NCBI GenBank assembly: GCA_036374695.1 | Contig: DASUTF010000269.1 | Coordinates: 1 to 62,968 of the forward strand | Length of the DNA: 62,968 nucleotides | Direction: 5' to 3' | DNA from: Pyrinomonadaceae bacterium | Lineage (GTDB): Bacteria > Acidobacteriota > Blastocatellia > Pyrinomonadales > Pyrinomonadaceae | Shown: positions 27,025 through 36,016 of the stretch, piece after piece | Layout: each line of letters begins with the position of its first letter | How positions within the stretch are numbered: position 1 is the first letter of the stretch | The notes under the pieces: model-generated | What the model was told of the DNA's origin: nothing | Database searches by the model: none | Seen by the model: only the letters and a program-made list of their open reading frames with translations | Made by a program: the position numbers and the translations under genes

Positions 27025-27057
27025 AGCTAGACCGATCCACTCTAGCTTAGACCGATC
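27025..27057 (+). promoter_or_regulatory. Direct repeat AGCT(T)AGACCGATC x2, candidate activator-binding site
   Basis: agctagaccgatc (27025..27037) and agcttagaccgatc (27044..27057), 75-105 nt upstream of the sigma-54 -24 element. Confidence 0.35.
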
Positions 27058-27130
27058 TCTCCTTTTGAAATAGCCATAAATCCGCAGCCCTTACCGTTCA
27101 ATGTCAACAACTTAACTACAGCCGGGAAGT

Positions 27131-27146
27131 TGGCACAATGCTTGCC
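27131..27146 (+). promoter_or_regulatory. Sigma-54 (-24/-12) promoter upstream of the second subtilase
   Basis: TGGCACaatgcTTGCc matches TGGCAC-N5-TTGC exactly, with GG and GC separated by 10 nt. TGGCAC begins 87 nt upstream of ATG 27218. Confidence 0.55.
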
Positions 27147-27217
27147 ACCCCATGGCCGACTGTGAAGTGACAGTTTTTTCCGAAGAATTGGAAAGTTAAG
27201 GCAAGGGCACGGATTAA

Positions 27218-29236
27218 ATGAGAAGAATCAGAATCCATCGAGTAGCCGCGTGGCTAACTTGTTTCTCAGTTTTGGTTTCATTGTCGGCTGGGATTCTCGT
27301 GGGGGAACGGGCTCATGCAGCATCTCATGAGAACTCGCCGCAAGCCACAAAGGTATCTTCGGACCTGGCTGAGAAGGCACGCGGACCAAAAAACACGGAT
27401 CCGGTGAAAGTGATTCTCCAACTCAACGGACCCATGAGCGGGCAACTGACTGCTTTGCTTAATAAGAATGGCGCACATATCAACAAAACATTCAAGAATC
27501 TTGGTGCACATGCTATTGACCTGCCCGCCGCCATCGTCGACCAGATAGCCGCTTTTGACGAGGTGGCCTATATCTCTGTTGATCGAGAAACCCGTGCGAC
27601 TGGCCACCTGACTGCCACCACTGGAACAGACTTAGTACGTACCCAGAGTAACCTCCTGGGTGGTACACAGACATTGGATGGAACCGGAATTGGCATTGCC
27701 GTTATAGACTCAGGGTTAGATCTCGGACACGTGGCCTTCCAGGACAAGTATGGTTATAGGCGAATCGCAGTAAGCAAAGATTTTACCGGCGAGAATCGCG
27801 TTGATGATCCCTATGGTCACGGAACACATGTGGCCGCGATCGCAGCCGGTAACGGCAAGGTGGCAAGTGGGGCGTACACAGGTGTGGCTCCGAATGCGAA
27901 GCTTGTAAATCTCCGCGTCCTGAATTCAACGGGAACTGGAACTGTCTCCGCTACTCTCGCTGCGCTGGATTGGGTATTGACGCATCGAAGCGATTACAAC
28001 ATTCGTGTGGTCAACATCAGTCTTGGTACAGCTGCCATTGATTCGTATAAATACGATCCAATTTGCCGGGCTGTGCGCCGGCTTGTCGACGCGGGCGTGG
28101 TGGTGGCTGCTGCGGCCGGAAATGATGGAAAGAACAGTGCCGGGGAGAAGGTCTATGGACTAGTTCATTGCCCCGGCAATGAACCATCGGCGATTACCGT
28201 TGGAGCGGCAAATACGTTTGGCACTGACGCACGCAACGATAATGGGGTCACGACTTATAGCTCGCGCGGCCCGACCCGTAGTTACTGGACTGACGCCAAC
28301 GGACTCAAACATTACGACCACTTGATGAAGCCGGATTTGGTCGCACCTGGCAACAAGATTATCGGTGCTGAAGCTGACGATAACCTTTTGGTGACTGAGA
28401 ATCCGCAACTGGACGCCGGTGTTAGTAACTACGAGAATCGCAAATACATGTACCTCAGCGGTAGCTCGATGGCGACGCCAGTCGCCGCCGGCGCCGCGGC
28501 CCTGCTTTTTCAGGCCAATCCCACCCTCACGCCGAACATGATTAAGGCCCTCCTGATGTATACGGCACAACCGCTGCGAGGCTTCAATACCCTCGAGCAG
28601 GGCGCGGGCGAACTCAACGTTGAGGGTGCCGTCCGCGTGGCTCGGTTGGTACGTACGGACTTTGGAAACACCAAGCCGATCGGAGCACCTCTCCTGAACA
28701 CACTACTCCCGCCCGCACCTTTTACGACAATCGCCGGACATACGTTTACGTGGTCCCAGGGAATTCTCCTGGGCCACCGCTTCGCGACGGGTACGAGCCT
28801 GATCACCAAGTATCAGCCTGTTTATGTCAGCGGCGTTCTATTGAGTGAGGGAATTATCGTCAGCGATGGCGTCCTTCTGAGCGAGGGAATCATTGTTAGC
28901 GATGGCGTTCTTCTGAGCGAAGGGATCATCGTTAGCGACGGTATTATCGTCAGCGATGGCATCATTGTCAGCGACGGTATTATTGTCAGCGATGGCATAA
29001 CGATTAGTGACGGGGCGCTTTTCGTCAGCATGGGCATCATTGTCAGCGATGGCATCATCGTTAGCGATGGCTATGTACTGGCTGACGGGATAATTGTTAG
29101 CGACGGGATCATCGTCAGCGATGGCATCATCGTTAGCGACGCCTTCGTTCAGGCGCAGACCGCGATGGTCGCCGGCGATCTTGGCCCGGCTTGCCCGGTG
29201 GTGGTCGACAATGGCGTGGACTACACCGAAAACTGA
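27218..29236 (+). CDS. Secreted subtilisin-like serine protease (S8) with I9-like propeptide and C-terminal hexapeptide array
   Basis: Signal peptide (LTCFSVLVSLSAGILVGERAHA). IAVIDSG (D), HGTHVAA (H), SGSSMATP (S). Long stretches nearly identical to the 21757..24315 paralog (e.g. GNEPSAITVGAANTFGTDAR / SSRGPTRSYWTD / APGNKIIGA). Residues 539-641 form the hexapeptide array. Confidence 0.92.
   Translation: MRRIRIHRVAAWLTCFSVLVSLSAGILVGERAHAASHENSPQATKVSSDLAEKARGPKNTDPVKVILQLNGPMSGQLTALLNKNGAHINKTFKNLGAHAIDLPAAIVDQIAAFDEVAYISVDRETRATGHLTATTGTDLVRTQSNLLGGTQTLDGTGIGIAVIDSGLDLGHVAFQDKYGYRRIAVSKDFTGENRVDDPYGHGTHVAAIAAGNGKVASGAYTGVAPNAKLVNLRVLNSTGTGTVSATLAALDWVLTHRSDYNIRVVNISLGTAAIDSYKYDPICRAVRRLVDAGVVVAAAAGNDGKNSAGEKVYGLVHCPGNEPSAITVGAANTFGTDARNDNGVTTYSSRGPTRSYWTDANGLKHYDHLMKPDLVAPGNKIIGAEADDNLLVTENPQLDAGVSNYENRKYMYLSGSSMATPVAAGAAALLFQANPTLTPNMIKALLMYTAQPLRGFNTLEQGAGELNVEGAVRVARLVRTDFGNTKPIGAPLLNTLLPPAPFTTIAGHTFTWSQGILLGHRFATGTSLITKYQPVYVSGVLLSEGIIVSDGVLLSEGIIVSDGVLLSEGIIVSDGIIVSDGIIVSDGIIVSDGITISDGALFVSMGIIVSDGIIVSDGYVLADGIIVSDGIIVSDGIIVSDAFVQAQTAMVAGDLGPACPVVVDNGVDYTEN
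28832..29140 (+). repeat. 18-nt periodic coding repeat (G-I-I-V-S-D / G-V-L-L-S-E hexapeptides, about 17 units)
   Basis: GVLLSEGIIVSD x3, then GIIVSD runs, one irregular GITISDGALFVSM segment, then GIIVSD..GYVLAD..GIIVSD x3. Confidence 0.92.
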
Positions 29237-29282
29237 CATCTTCATCATAGTCTTCCATACCCTCGGATAATCGGAGCAAGCG

Positions 29283-30167
29283 ATGCAACCAGGAACTGAA
29301 AACCTACGCTCATTGGCTGTGCCAAGCATGGCTCAGTCGATTCAGTCCTTGCGCAACAGGCACAAGACAGAGGTGTTGGATTTTCTCTCCGCTCGTCCCC
29401 TGCACACCTTCATCATGACTGGTTGGATACGCGACAATGGTCTCACTAGCCCTTTGAATCGCGGTATGTTCTACGGCTACCGAAACCAGCAGGGCCACCT
29501 TCAAGGTGTCGCATTGATTGGCCACGTAACTCTATTCGCAACCGACTCTGAAGACGCTTTGTCAGAATTCAGCAGGCTGACACAAGATTGTCCCACGGCC
29601 AATGCGGTGATGGGCGAGGAAAATAAAGTGGCACGATTCCTTGCTTACTATACCGCTGGGCGACCTGCACCTCGTCTGGTTTGTCGCGAGTTGCTGTTCG
29701 AGCGGCGCTCAAAGCAACCATCGGATGAACCACTGCCTAATCTACGTTTGGCGACGCGGGCCGAAGTCGAGCTCGTTATCAAGGTGCATGCTGAAAGGGC
29801 AGTTGAAGAGACGGGCGTGAATCCATTAGATGTGGATCCGGTCCGGTTTCGCCAACGGTGCACCCGCCGAGTTGACCAAGAGCGTGTGTGGGTTGCCGTT
29901 GAAGACAACCGGCTGGTATTCAAGGCCGACGTGATTTGTGACTTGCCTGAGGTTACTTATCTTGAAGGTGTCTACGTTAGCCCGGAGCGACGCGGCAATG
30001 GATTTGGCACGCGCTGCATGCGCCACCTAACTAATCTACTGCTGAGTCGCAGCAAGTCAGTATGCCTCTCAATAAAAGAACACAACTCAGCGGCGAAAGC
30101 CTGCTACCAAAGAGCCGGCTATCAAGTGCGCGACTATTACCAGACCGTCTTTCTTCATCGGAACTAG
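29283..30167 (+). CDS. GNAT-family N-acetyltransferase with an N-terminal accessory domain
   Basis: C-terminal acetyl-CoA binding region LEGVYVSPERRGNGFGTRCMRHL...NSAAKACYQRAGY. Confidence 0.75.
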   Translation: MQPGTENLRSLAVPSMAQSIQSLRNRHKTEVLDFLSARPLHTFIMTGWIRDNGLTSPLNRGMFYGYRNQQGHLQGVALIGHVTLFATDSEDALSEFSRLTQDCPTANAVMGEENKVARFLAYYTAGRPAPRLVCRELLFERRSKQPSDEPLPNLRLATRAEVELVIKVHAERAVEETGVNPLDVDPVRFRQRCTRRVDQERVWVAVEDNRLVFKADVICDLPEVTYLEGVYVSPERRGNGFGTRCMRHLTNLLLSRSKSVCLSIKEHNSAAKACYQRAGYQVRDYYQTVFLHRN

Positions 30168-30217
30168 CGCAGATCGCAAGGGTGAACCTGCCGCTGGGAG
30201 TTTGGAAAGGGCACGCC

Positions 30218-32689
30218 ATGAACAAGCAGCATTACCTGAAACCATTTGTTGCCGTGGTCGCCGCGGTTGCGGTAGCTATAATGGTGTCAAGTCTACTAAG
30301 TTTCCCAGCGTCCCAGCTCAATGTTCGCTTTCTGATGTTGTTTCTGTTAACGGTCTTGATCGGCCGTTTGGTCGTTCATATCCCGAGCATAAAGGGAGAG
30401 TTAACCGTTTCGGACACTTTGATCTTTCTCACCATGCTGCTCTGCGGGGGTGACGCGGCGGTCATTGTCGCTGGGGTGGCAGGGGTCTGTTCTTCATTAA
30501 AAGTGACCCGGAAAGTCTCAGTTCATGTTTTTAATTTTGCGGTGATGACGTGTTCTACGTTTCTCACTGTAATCATGCTACGCACCCTTTTCGGGCCCAT
30601 CGGAATGCTGGGTTCGCGCAGTCTCTCTGTTCTTTTGATTACAACGATGGCGATTGTTCAATACATCGCCAATAGCGCCTTGGTGACGATTTATACCGGT
30701 TGCAAAGCTGACATGCCTTTTTGGCAGACCTGGCGTAGATATTATTTGTGGGCCTCGATTACTTACCTTGCCGGCGCTTCGGCCGCCTTTCTCATCGTCA
30801 AGTTAATGGCTGTCATCGGTTTCTATGGGATGATTGCCACGTTTCCGGTAATAGCGATTGTCTATATCACCTACAAGACTTATCTGAAGAACGTTGAAGC
30901 CTCGGTTGCGCAGGCCGAACAAGCCAAACTTCACGCGGAACTTCTGCAGGAAAGTGAAGAGCGTTTCAGAAGTGCTTTCGATTATGCAGCGGTCGGGATG
31001 GCGCTCGTTTCTTCCGAAGGCCGCTTTCTGGAGGTAAATCATTCCCTGTGCCGGCTTGTGGGCTATTCCGAGGCGGAATTGCTGGAGAGCGATATCCAAG
31101 GAGTGATACATCCTGAAGATCTTGGGGACGTCCTCGTGCAACAGACTCGGCTCAGCAAAGGGCAGGTTGCTGGTTACCAAACAGAGAAACGATACATCCA
31201 TAAGTCCGGTCATGAGGTTTGGACCTTGGTGAGTGTTTCACGTGTTCGCGACCCCGAGACGCACTCGCTGCGCTTCATCTTTCAAATTCAAGATATCACC
31301 GATCGTAAGCATGCTGAGGCCCAACTAGTCCACGACGCCTTTCATGACGGTCTGACCGGTTTACCTAACCGAGCTCTGTTTATTGATCACCTAAAGCTTG
31401 CGGTCGCTCGAAGTGCGCGGAAAGAATCTGCGCTGTTCTCCGTCCTGTTTCTCGATTTGGATCGTTTCAAGGTGGTGAACGACAGCCTTGGTCATCTGGT
31501 CGGCGATCAACTGTTAAAGGCGCTGGCGCTGAGATTGAAAGAATGTTTGCGACCGGGAGATTCGATCGCGCGGTTCGGCGGAGATGAATTCACCATCCTG
31601 CTTGAGGATCTCAACAGCAATAACGAGGCGATTCATGTTGCCGAGCGCATCCAACGTGCCCTGGCGCAGCCGTTCGAGCTTGAGGGCCGCCAGGTTTTTA
31701 CTACCGCGAGCATAGGCATCGCCCCAAGCATCACCGGCTACGAGCGTCCCGAAGACATTTTGCGCGATGCCGACACCGCGATGTATTACGCCAAGTCGTT
31801 GGGCGGCAGTCGTCATCAAATATTCGATCGTAGCATGCACACTCGCGCCGTAAAGTTACTGCAAATGCAGACCGATCTGCGGCAAGCAATCGAACGACAA
31901 GAATTGTTCGTTGAATATCAGCCGATTGTGGAACTGGACAGCTTTCAGATCCTCGGCTTCGAGGCTCTTGCGCGTTGGAGACACGCAGAACATGGGCTGA
32001 TCTCCCCCGCGCAATTCATACCTGTCGCGGAAGAAACCGGTCTAATCATTCCGATCGGCGAATGGGTGCTCAGAAAGGCATGCGCCCAAATTCGGGAATG
32101 GCAGAAACTGTTTCCCAGAGAGACTCCTTTGACAATAAGCGTCAATATTTCAGGCGCTCAGTTCGCCCAGCCGAACCTTATAGAAAACATAGAGCGAATC
32201 CTTGAGGAAACGAATCTGGATCCACACAGCTTGCGGCTGGAAATCACCGAAAGTGTCGTAGTCGAAAACGTAGAGGCCGCCAGCGAAATGCTCAAACGGC
32301 TGCGCGTCCTTGGAGTCGGCTTAAGCATCGATGATTTTGGCACCGGTTACTCTTCCTTGAGTTCGTTGCATCGTTTTCCGATCTCCACTTTGAAGATTGA
32401 TTCGTCATTTGTCAGCCGGATGGATGGCAACAGTGAAAACACCGAAATTGTCCGCACGATTATGGCCCTCGCCGGCAATCTCGGCATGGACGTCACCGCC
32501 GAGGGCGTGGAGACGCTGGAACAAGTTACCAAGTTAAGGACTTTTGGATGTGAAAAAGGACAGGGATTCTTCTTCTCCCGACCACTTGCGGCCCCGGAAG
32601 CCGGAGAGCTACTGAAAGAAACTCCGCTGATTTCGATGCCTCACTACGGCGACAACGTGCAATCACTAGTCGACAGGTTAGTGGCATAA
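30218..32689 (+). CDS. Membrane-bound PAS-GGDEF-EAL c-di-GMP signalling protein
   Basis: About 7 N-terminal TM helices, PAS (SEERFRSAFDYAAVGMALVS...), GGDEF (RFGGDEFTILL), EAL (GFEALARW, DDFGTGYSS, EGVE). ATG 30218 preferred over the track start 30062. Confidence 0.92.
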   Translation: MNKQHYLKPFVAVVAAVAVAIMVSSLLSFPASQLNVRFLMLFLLTVLIGRLVVHIPSIKGELTVSDTLIFLTMLLCGGDAAVIVAGVAGVCSSLKVTRKVSVHVFNFAVMTCSTFLTVIMLRTLFGPIGMLGSRSLSVLLITTMAIVQYIANSALVTIYTGCKADMPFWQTWRRYYLWASITYLAGASAAFLIVKLMAVIGFYGMIATFPVIAIVYITYKTYLKNVEASVAQAEQAKLHAELLQESEERFRSAFDYAAVGMALVSSEGRFLEVNHSLCRLVGYSEAELLESDIQGVIHPEDLGDVLVQQTRLSKGQVAGYQTEKRYIHKSGHEVWTLVSVSRVRDPETHSLRFIFQIQDITDRKHAEAQLVHDAFHDGLTGLPNRALFIDHLKLAVARSARKESALFSVLFLDLDRFKVVNDSLGHLVGDQLLKALALRLKECLRPGDSIARFGGDEFTILLEDLNSNNEAIHVAERIQRALAQPFELEGRQVFTTASIGIAPSITGYERPEDILRDADTAMYYAKSLGGSRHQIFDRSMHTRAVKLLQMQTDLRQAIERQELFVEYQPIVELDSFQILGFEALARWRHAEHGLISPAQFIPVAEETGLIIPIGEWVLRKACAQIREWQKLFPRETPLTISVNISGAQFAQPNLIENIERILEETNLDPHSLRLEITESVVVENVEAASEMLKRLRVLGVGLSIDDFGTGYSSLSSLHRFPISTLKIDSSFVSRMDGNSENTEIVRTIMALAGNLGMDVTAEGVETLEQVTKLRTFGCEKGQGFFFSRPLAAPEAGELLKETPLISMPHYGDNVQSLVDRLVA

Positions 32690-32866
32690 GTCGCACCTTG
32701 TTTCTCCTTCATTCTCCATCAATCACTCGCCTTGAGGCGTGTTCCAACTCAAGAATCCACCCTCACCTGTTTCGCGTTGACAGGTGCGAACGGATACACT
32801 TCCGAGTGTGATGATCGGATACTTGATCTGCTGTCGCGATGCATCGCCCGCATGGAGCGAATTACC

Positions 32867-32943
32867 GCAGATATCCACTACCGCCGGCGGGGCTGGAACG
32901 TTTCAATCACTGGTGATGGCGCCGCGCCGCGTAAGATTTCAAT
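32867..32943 (+). pseudogene. Degenerate duplicate of the tsaE 3' end
   Basis: Aligns by hand to tsaE 26808..26883 (identical runs gcagatatcca and ggtgatggcgccgc; roughly three quarters to four fifths identical, one indel). Encodes ...GWNVSITGDGAAPRKISI versus tsaE ...AWSILFKGDGAAPRKISI. No tsaE N-terminal part precedes it. Confidence 0.7.
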
Positions 32944-32981
32944 AAATGAACTAGAATAGGGTCCAAGGAGAACTAATAATA

Positions 32982-33431
32982 ATGCAGTATCCAGAAGAGT
33001 TTATTAAACCATTCCGCGAAGAACTGACGCGGCTTGGAGTCGAAGAGTTAAGAACGCCCGAAGCGGTTGATGCGGCCGTCCAGCAATCCGGCGGCACGCT
33101 GATGATTGTAGTTAACTCGATTTGTGGATGTGCGGCCGGCAAGGCGCGTCCGGGAGTGGCGCAAGCTTTGAAGCACGAAGTAAAACCTGATCGAGTGGCA
33201 ACAGTTTTCGCCGGCGGCGATGTGGAAGCCACGGCCAGAGCCCGCAGCTACTTTACCGGTTATGCACCTTCGTCGCCGTCAATTGGAATTCTCAAAGACG
33301 GTAAGTTGGTTTACATGATGGAGCGCTGGCAGATTGAAGGAAAGGGTCCGGCCGATATCTCTTCCGAGTTGGTCAGGGCCTTCGAGGAATTTTGCGGAGA
33401 CCCAGCGAAGTCTTCGGTAGCAAGTCTTTAA
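32982..33431 (+). CDS. Bacilliredoxin (BrxA/BrxB, YphP/YqiW family)
   Basis: VVNSICGCAAGKARPG (CGC redox motif), TVFAGGDVEATARARSYFTGYAPSSPSIGILKDGKLVYMMERWQIEG closely parallels Bacillus YphP/YqiW. Confidence 0.88.
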   Translation: MQYPEEFIKPFREELTRLGVEELRTPEAVDAAVQQSGGTLMIVVNSICGCAAGKARPGVAQALKHEVKPDRVATVFAGGDVEATARARSYFTGYAPSSPSIGILKDGKLVYMMERWQIEGKGPADISSELVRAFEEFCGDPAKSSVASL

Positions 33432-33472
33432 TCTTAAAGGCGTTAACGATGGCTCGACGCGCAGCGGTTTTA

Positions 33473-33663
33473 TGTAGCCCAGCCGTTTACGGCTGGGTTT
33501 CGTAAAGAAAACAAGAACCTAACCGCCTTCAGGCGGCTTGGTCACGGCTTCAGCCAATCATCATCATTCGTTTCAAACGTCTCAAGAACATCCGATAGTT
33601 TTCCGCGCCGATGATGTTCCTCTTGTCTCACGCATTGTACCCGGCCGTAAACGGCTGGCTACA
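33473..33663. repeat. Family L hairpin units in inverted orientation (TGTAGCCCAGCCGTTTACGGCTGGG ... CCCGGCCGTAAACGGCTGGCTACA) plus a CCGCC-TTCA-GGCGG hairpin
   Basis: Left unit 33473..33497 and right unit 33640..33663 are near reverse complements. Small hairpin at 33523..33536. Confidence 0.8.
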
Positions 33664-33770
33664 GAAAGGTTTTTTACATAGCCGTAACCTTGTAAAACAA
33701 CATGCCGCCGCGTCGATTCTACTTCGCCGCGGCGGTTTTCATGCGCGAAGAGTGGCAGAATCCCTGTGCT

Positions 33771-35996
33771 ATGATCGCGCCAATGGCGCTTAGATCTTCC
33801 ATCTCTCTCGACACGCGCATACTGGATTTGCCCCCGAGCATTGCCCGGCTAGGTTCGCAGGGAGCACGAAACCTGGCGCTCGGCCTGGCCGAACTTTCCC
33901 GCGGAAAAGACCTCAACTCAGTCACCGTCGAAGATCTTCTGCTCTATCTGCCAACGCGTCATGAAGATCGTTCGCGCATGCTCGAGATTCGCCAGCTGCA
34001 GAACGATCAAGAAGCGTCACTTGACCTGAATGTGCGCATCGCCAAACCGCGTTACATAGGCAGGTCTCGTTTCATTTTTTCGGTCTCCGCATGTGACCAG
34101 AACAACACGGGCCCTCAGGTCCTGATCGAATGGTTTATCTCCGGTTCACGGGCCAAACAGATTGTCGAGTTTTACACGAAGAGATTCGTCCGCGGAACGC
34201 GCTTCATCGCCTTCGGAAAATGGCAGCTCGATAAACTGGGAACCTTCTGTCTGAAAGTAAACAAACCCGATGAGCTTGAGGTGATCTCGGGTGATGAAGG
34301 AGACGGCGATCCGCTGCTCTCCGCCATTCATGTCGGCCGTTGCGTTCCGGTGTACCGAAGAATCGGCGATGTCCGTCCCAAGCAGTTGCGTGAAATTCTT
34401 CATCGCGTGCTTGCCGATCTTCCCGACGACGCGATTAAGGAAAATCTGCCCGGCGATTTGCGCCAGCGACAGAAGTTAATCGGACGCGCCCAGGCTTTGC
34501 GGCAAATCCATTTTCCACCGGGTGAAGCGTCGCTTGATGAATACGAGCGCGCGCGCAGTCCGGCCCACCACCGCCTGATATTCGAGGAACTGTTTTGGCT
34601 TTCACTCGCGTTGTCGGTAAAGCGGGAACATCGAACAAAAGAAAGCAAAACCGCGGCGATCAGGATCGACGACGCAATCAAACGCCGTATCAAGTCGGTC
34701 CTGCCGTTCACTCTTACCGAAGCGCAGCGGAAGGTCGTCAAGGAAATCTTCCGCGACATGAAATCCGACGCGCCGATGAACCGTCTGCTGCAAGGCGACG
34801 TCGGTAGCGGCAAAACAATTGTCGCGCTGATCTCGATGCTGACCGCCATGGAGAACGGCTATCAAACCGCGCTCATGGTGCCCACTGAAATTCTCGCTGA
34901 GCAACACGCGCGAAATATCAAACGGATCCTGGCGAAGTCGCCTTACCGCATCGAAGTCCTCATTGGTTCGTTGAAAACCGGCGAGAAACGCGCCCTGCAC
35001 GCGGCCATTGCGGCCGGCGAAGTTCACGCCTGCATTGGCACGCACGCGCTGATTCAGGAAAACGTCCGGTTCAAGAACTTCGGGCTGGCGGTCATTGACG
35101 AGCAGCATCGCTTCGGTGTCATGCAGCGCGCCGAGCTGCGCGAGCGTGGCTTGAACCCGGACGTGCTCGTCATGACGGCGACGCCGATTCCGCGTTCGCT
35201 GGCGATGACTGTGTACGGCGATCTTGATGTTTCGATCATCGATGAAATGCCGCCTGGTCGGACGCCGATTGTGACCAGAGTGTTCGCGGACAATGCCGAC
35301 GATCGAAAAGATGTGAAGCGACTTTTGACGCAGGAGCTTCGCGCAGGCCGGCAAGTGTACGTGGTGTATCCACTTGTCGAGGAATCCGAAAAGCTCGACC
35401 TGCGCGATGCGACACGGCGATTCGAATATCTGCGCGACCAGGTCTTTCCCAAATTCTCAGTCGGCTTGCTGCACGGCCGGATGAAGGCGGAAGAAAAAGA
35501 GGAGGTGATGCGCGGGTTTGGCAGAGGCGAAATTCAGATCCTGGTTTCGACGACGGTCATTGAAGTCGGCGTCGATGTGCCGAATGCGTCGGTGATGGTC
35601 ATCGAGCATGCGGAGCGGTTCGGCTTGTCGCAGCTGCATCAGTTGCGCGGGCGCGTTGGTCGCGGAGCGGAACAGAGTTACTGCGTGCTGCTCGCTTCAG
35701 ACAAACGAACTGAAGTTGCGCGTGAGCGGCTGGGCATCATGGAAGAGACCAACGACGGATTCAAGATCGCCGAGAAGGATTTAGAGATTCGCGGCCCGGG
35801 CGAAATCATGGGCACGCGCCAGGCGGGCCTGCCGGAGTTCCGCATAGCGAACCTTGTGCGAGACCTCGAAATTCTGCAAGCCGCACGCAAGGAGGCTGAG
35901 GAGTATCTGAACCGACGGAATTACTCCCTTGACGCTGCCGAGCTCGTAAAGCGAATCGAAAAAGATTCACGCTTGAAGTTAGCTATGGTGGGGTGA
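33771..35996 (+). CDS. recG: ATP-dependent DNA helicase RecG
   Basis: Walker A GDVGSGKT, Walker B VIDEQHRFG, N-terminal wedge/OB region, C-terminal helicase motifs LSQLHQLRGRVGRG. Start uncertain (33702, 33771 or 33783). Confidence 0.93.
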   Translation: MIAPMALRSSISLDTRILDLPPSIARLGSQGARNLALGLAELSRGKDLNSVTVEDLLLYLPTRHEDRSRMLEIRQLQNDQEASLDLNVRIAKPRYIGRSRFIFSVSACDQNNTGPQVLIEWFISGSRAKQIVEFYTKRFVRGTRFIAFGKWQLDKLGTFCLKVNKPDELEVISGDEGDGDPLLSAIHVGRCVPVYRRIGDVRPKQLREILHRVLADLPDDAIKENLPGDLRQRQKLIGRAQALRQIHFPPGEASLDEYERARSPAHHRLIFEELFWLSLALSVKREHRTKESKTAAIRIDDAIKRRIKSVLPFTLTEAQRKVVKEIFRDMKSDAPMNRLLQGDVGSGKTIVALISMLTAMENGYQTALMVPTEILAEQHARNIKRILAKSPYRIEVLIGSLKTGEKRALHAAIAAGEVHACIGTHALIQENVRFKNFGLAVIDEQHRFGVMQRAELRERGLNPDVLVMTATPIPRSLAMTVYGDLDVSIIDEMPPGRTPIVTRVFADNADDRKDVKRLLTQELRAGRQVYVVYPLVEESEKLDLRDATRRFEYLRDQVFPKFSVGLLHGRMKAEEKEEVMRGFGRGEIQILVSTTVIEVGVDVPNASVMVIEHAERFGLSQLHQLRGRVGRGAEQSYCVLLASDKRTEVARERLGIMEETNDGFKIAEKDLEIRGPGEIMGTRQAGLPEFRIANLVRDLEILQAARKEAEEYLNRRNYSLDAAELVKRIEKDSRLKLAMVG

Positions 35997-36016
35997 GCAG
36001 TGGAACCCAAACACGA

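Noticed and set aside
32732-32866. 75-aa ORF 32732..32959 as a real small gene
   Set aside because: Its C-terminal third is the degenerate copy of the tsaE 3' end. The remainder has no support. It is treated as a gene fragment or scar, not a functional CDS.
34602-35354. 250-aa antisense ORF inside recG
   Set aside because: It is a shadow ORF. The sense frame carries the Walker A/B and helicase motifs.
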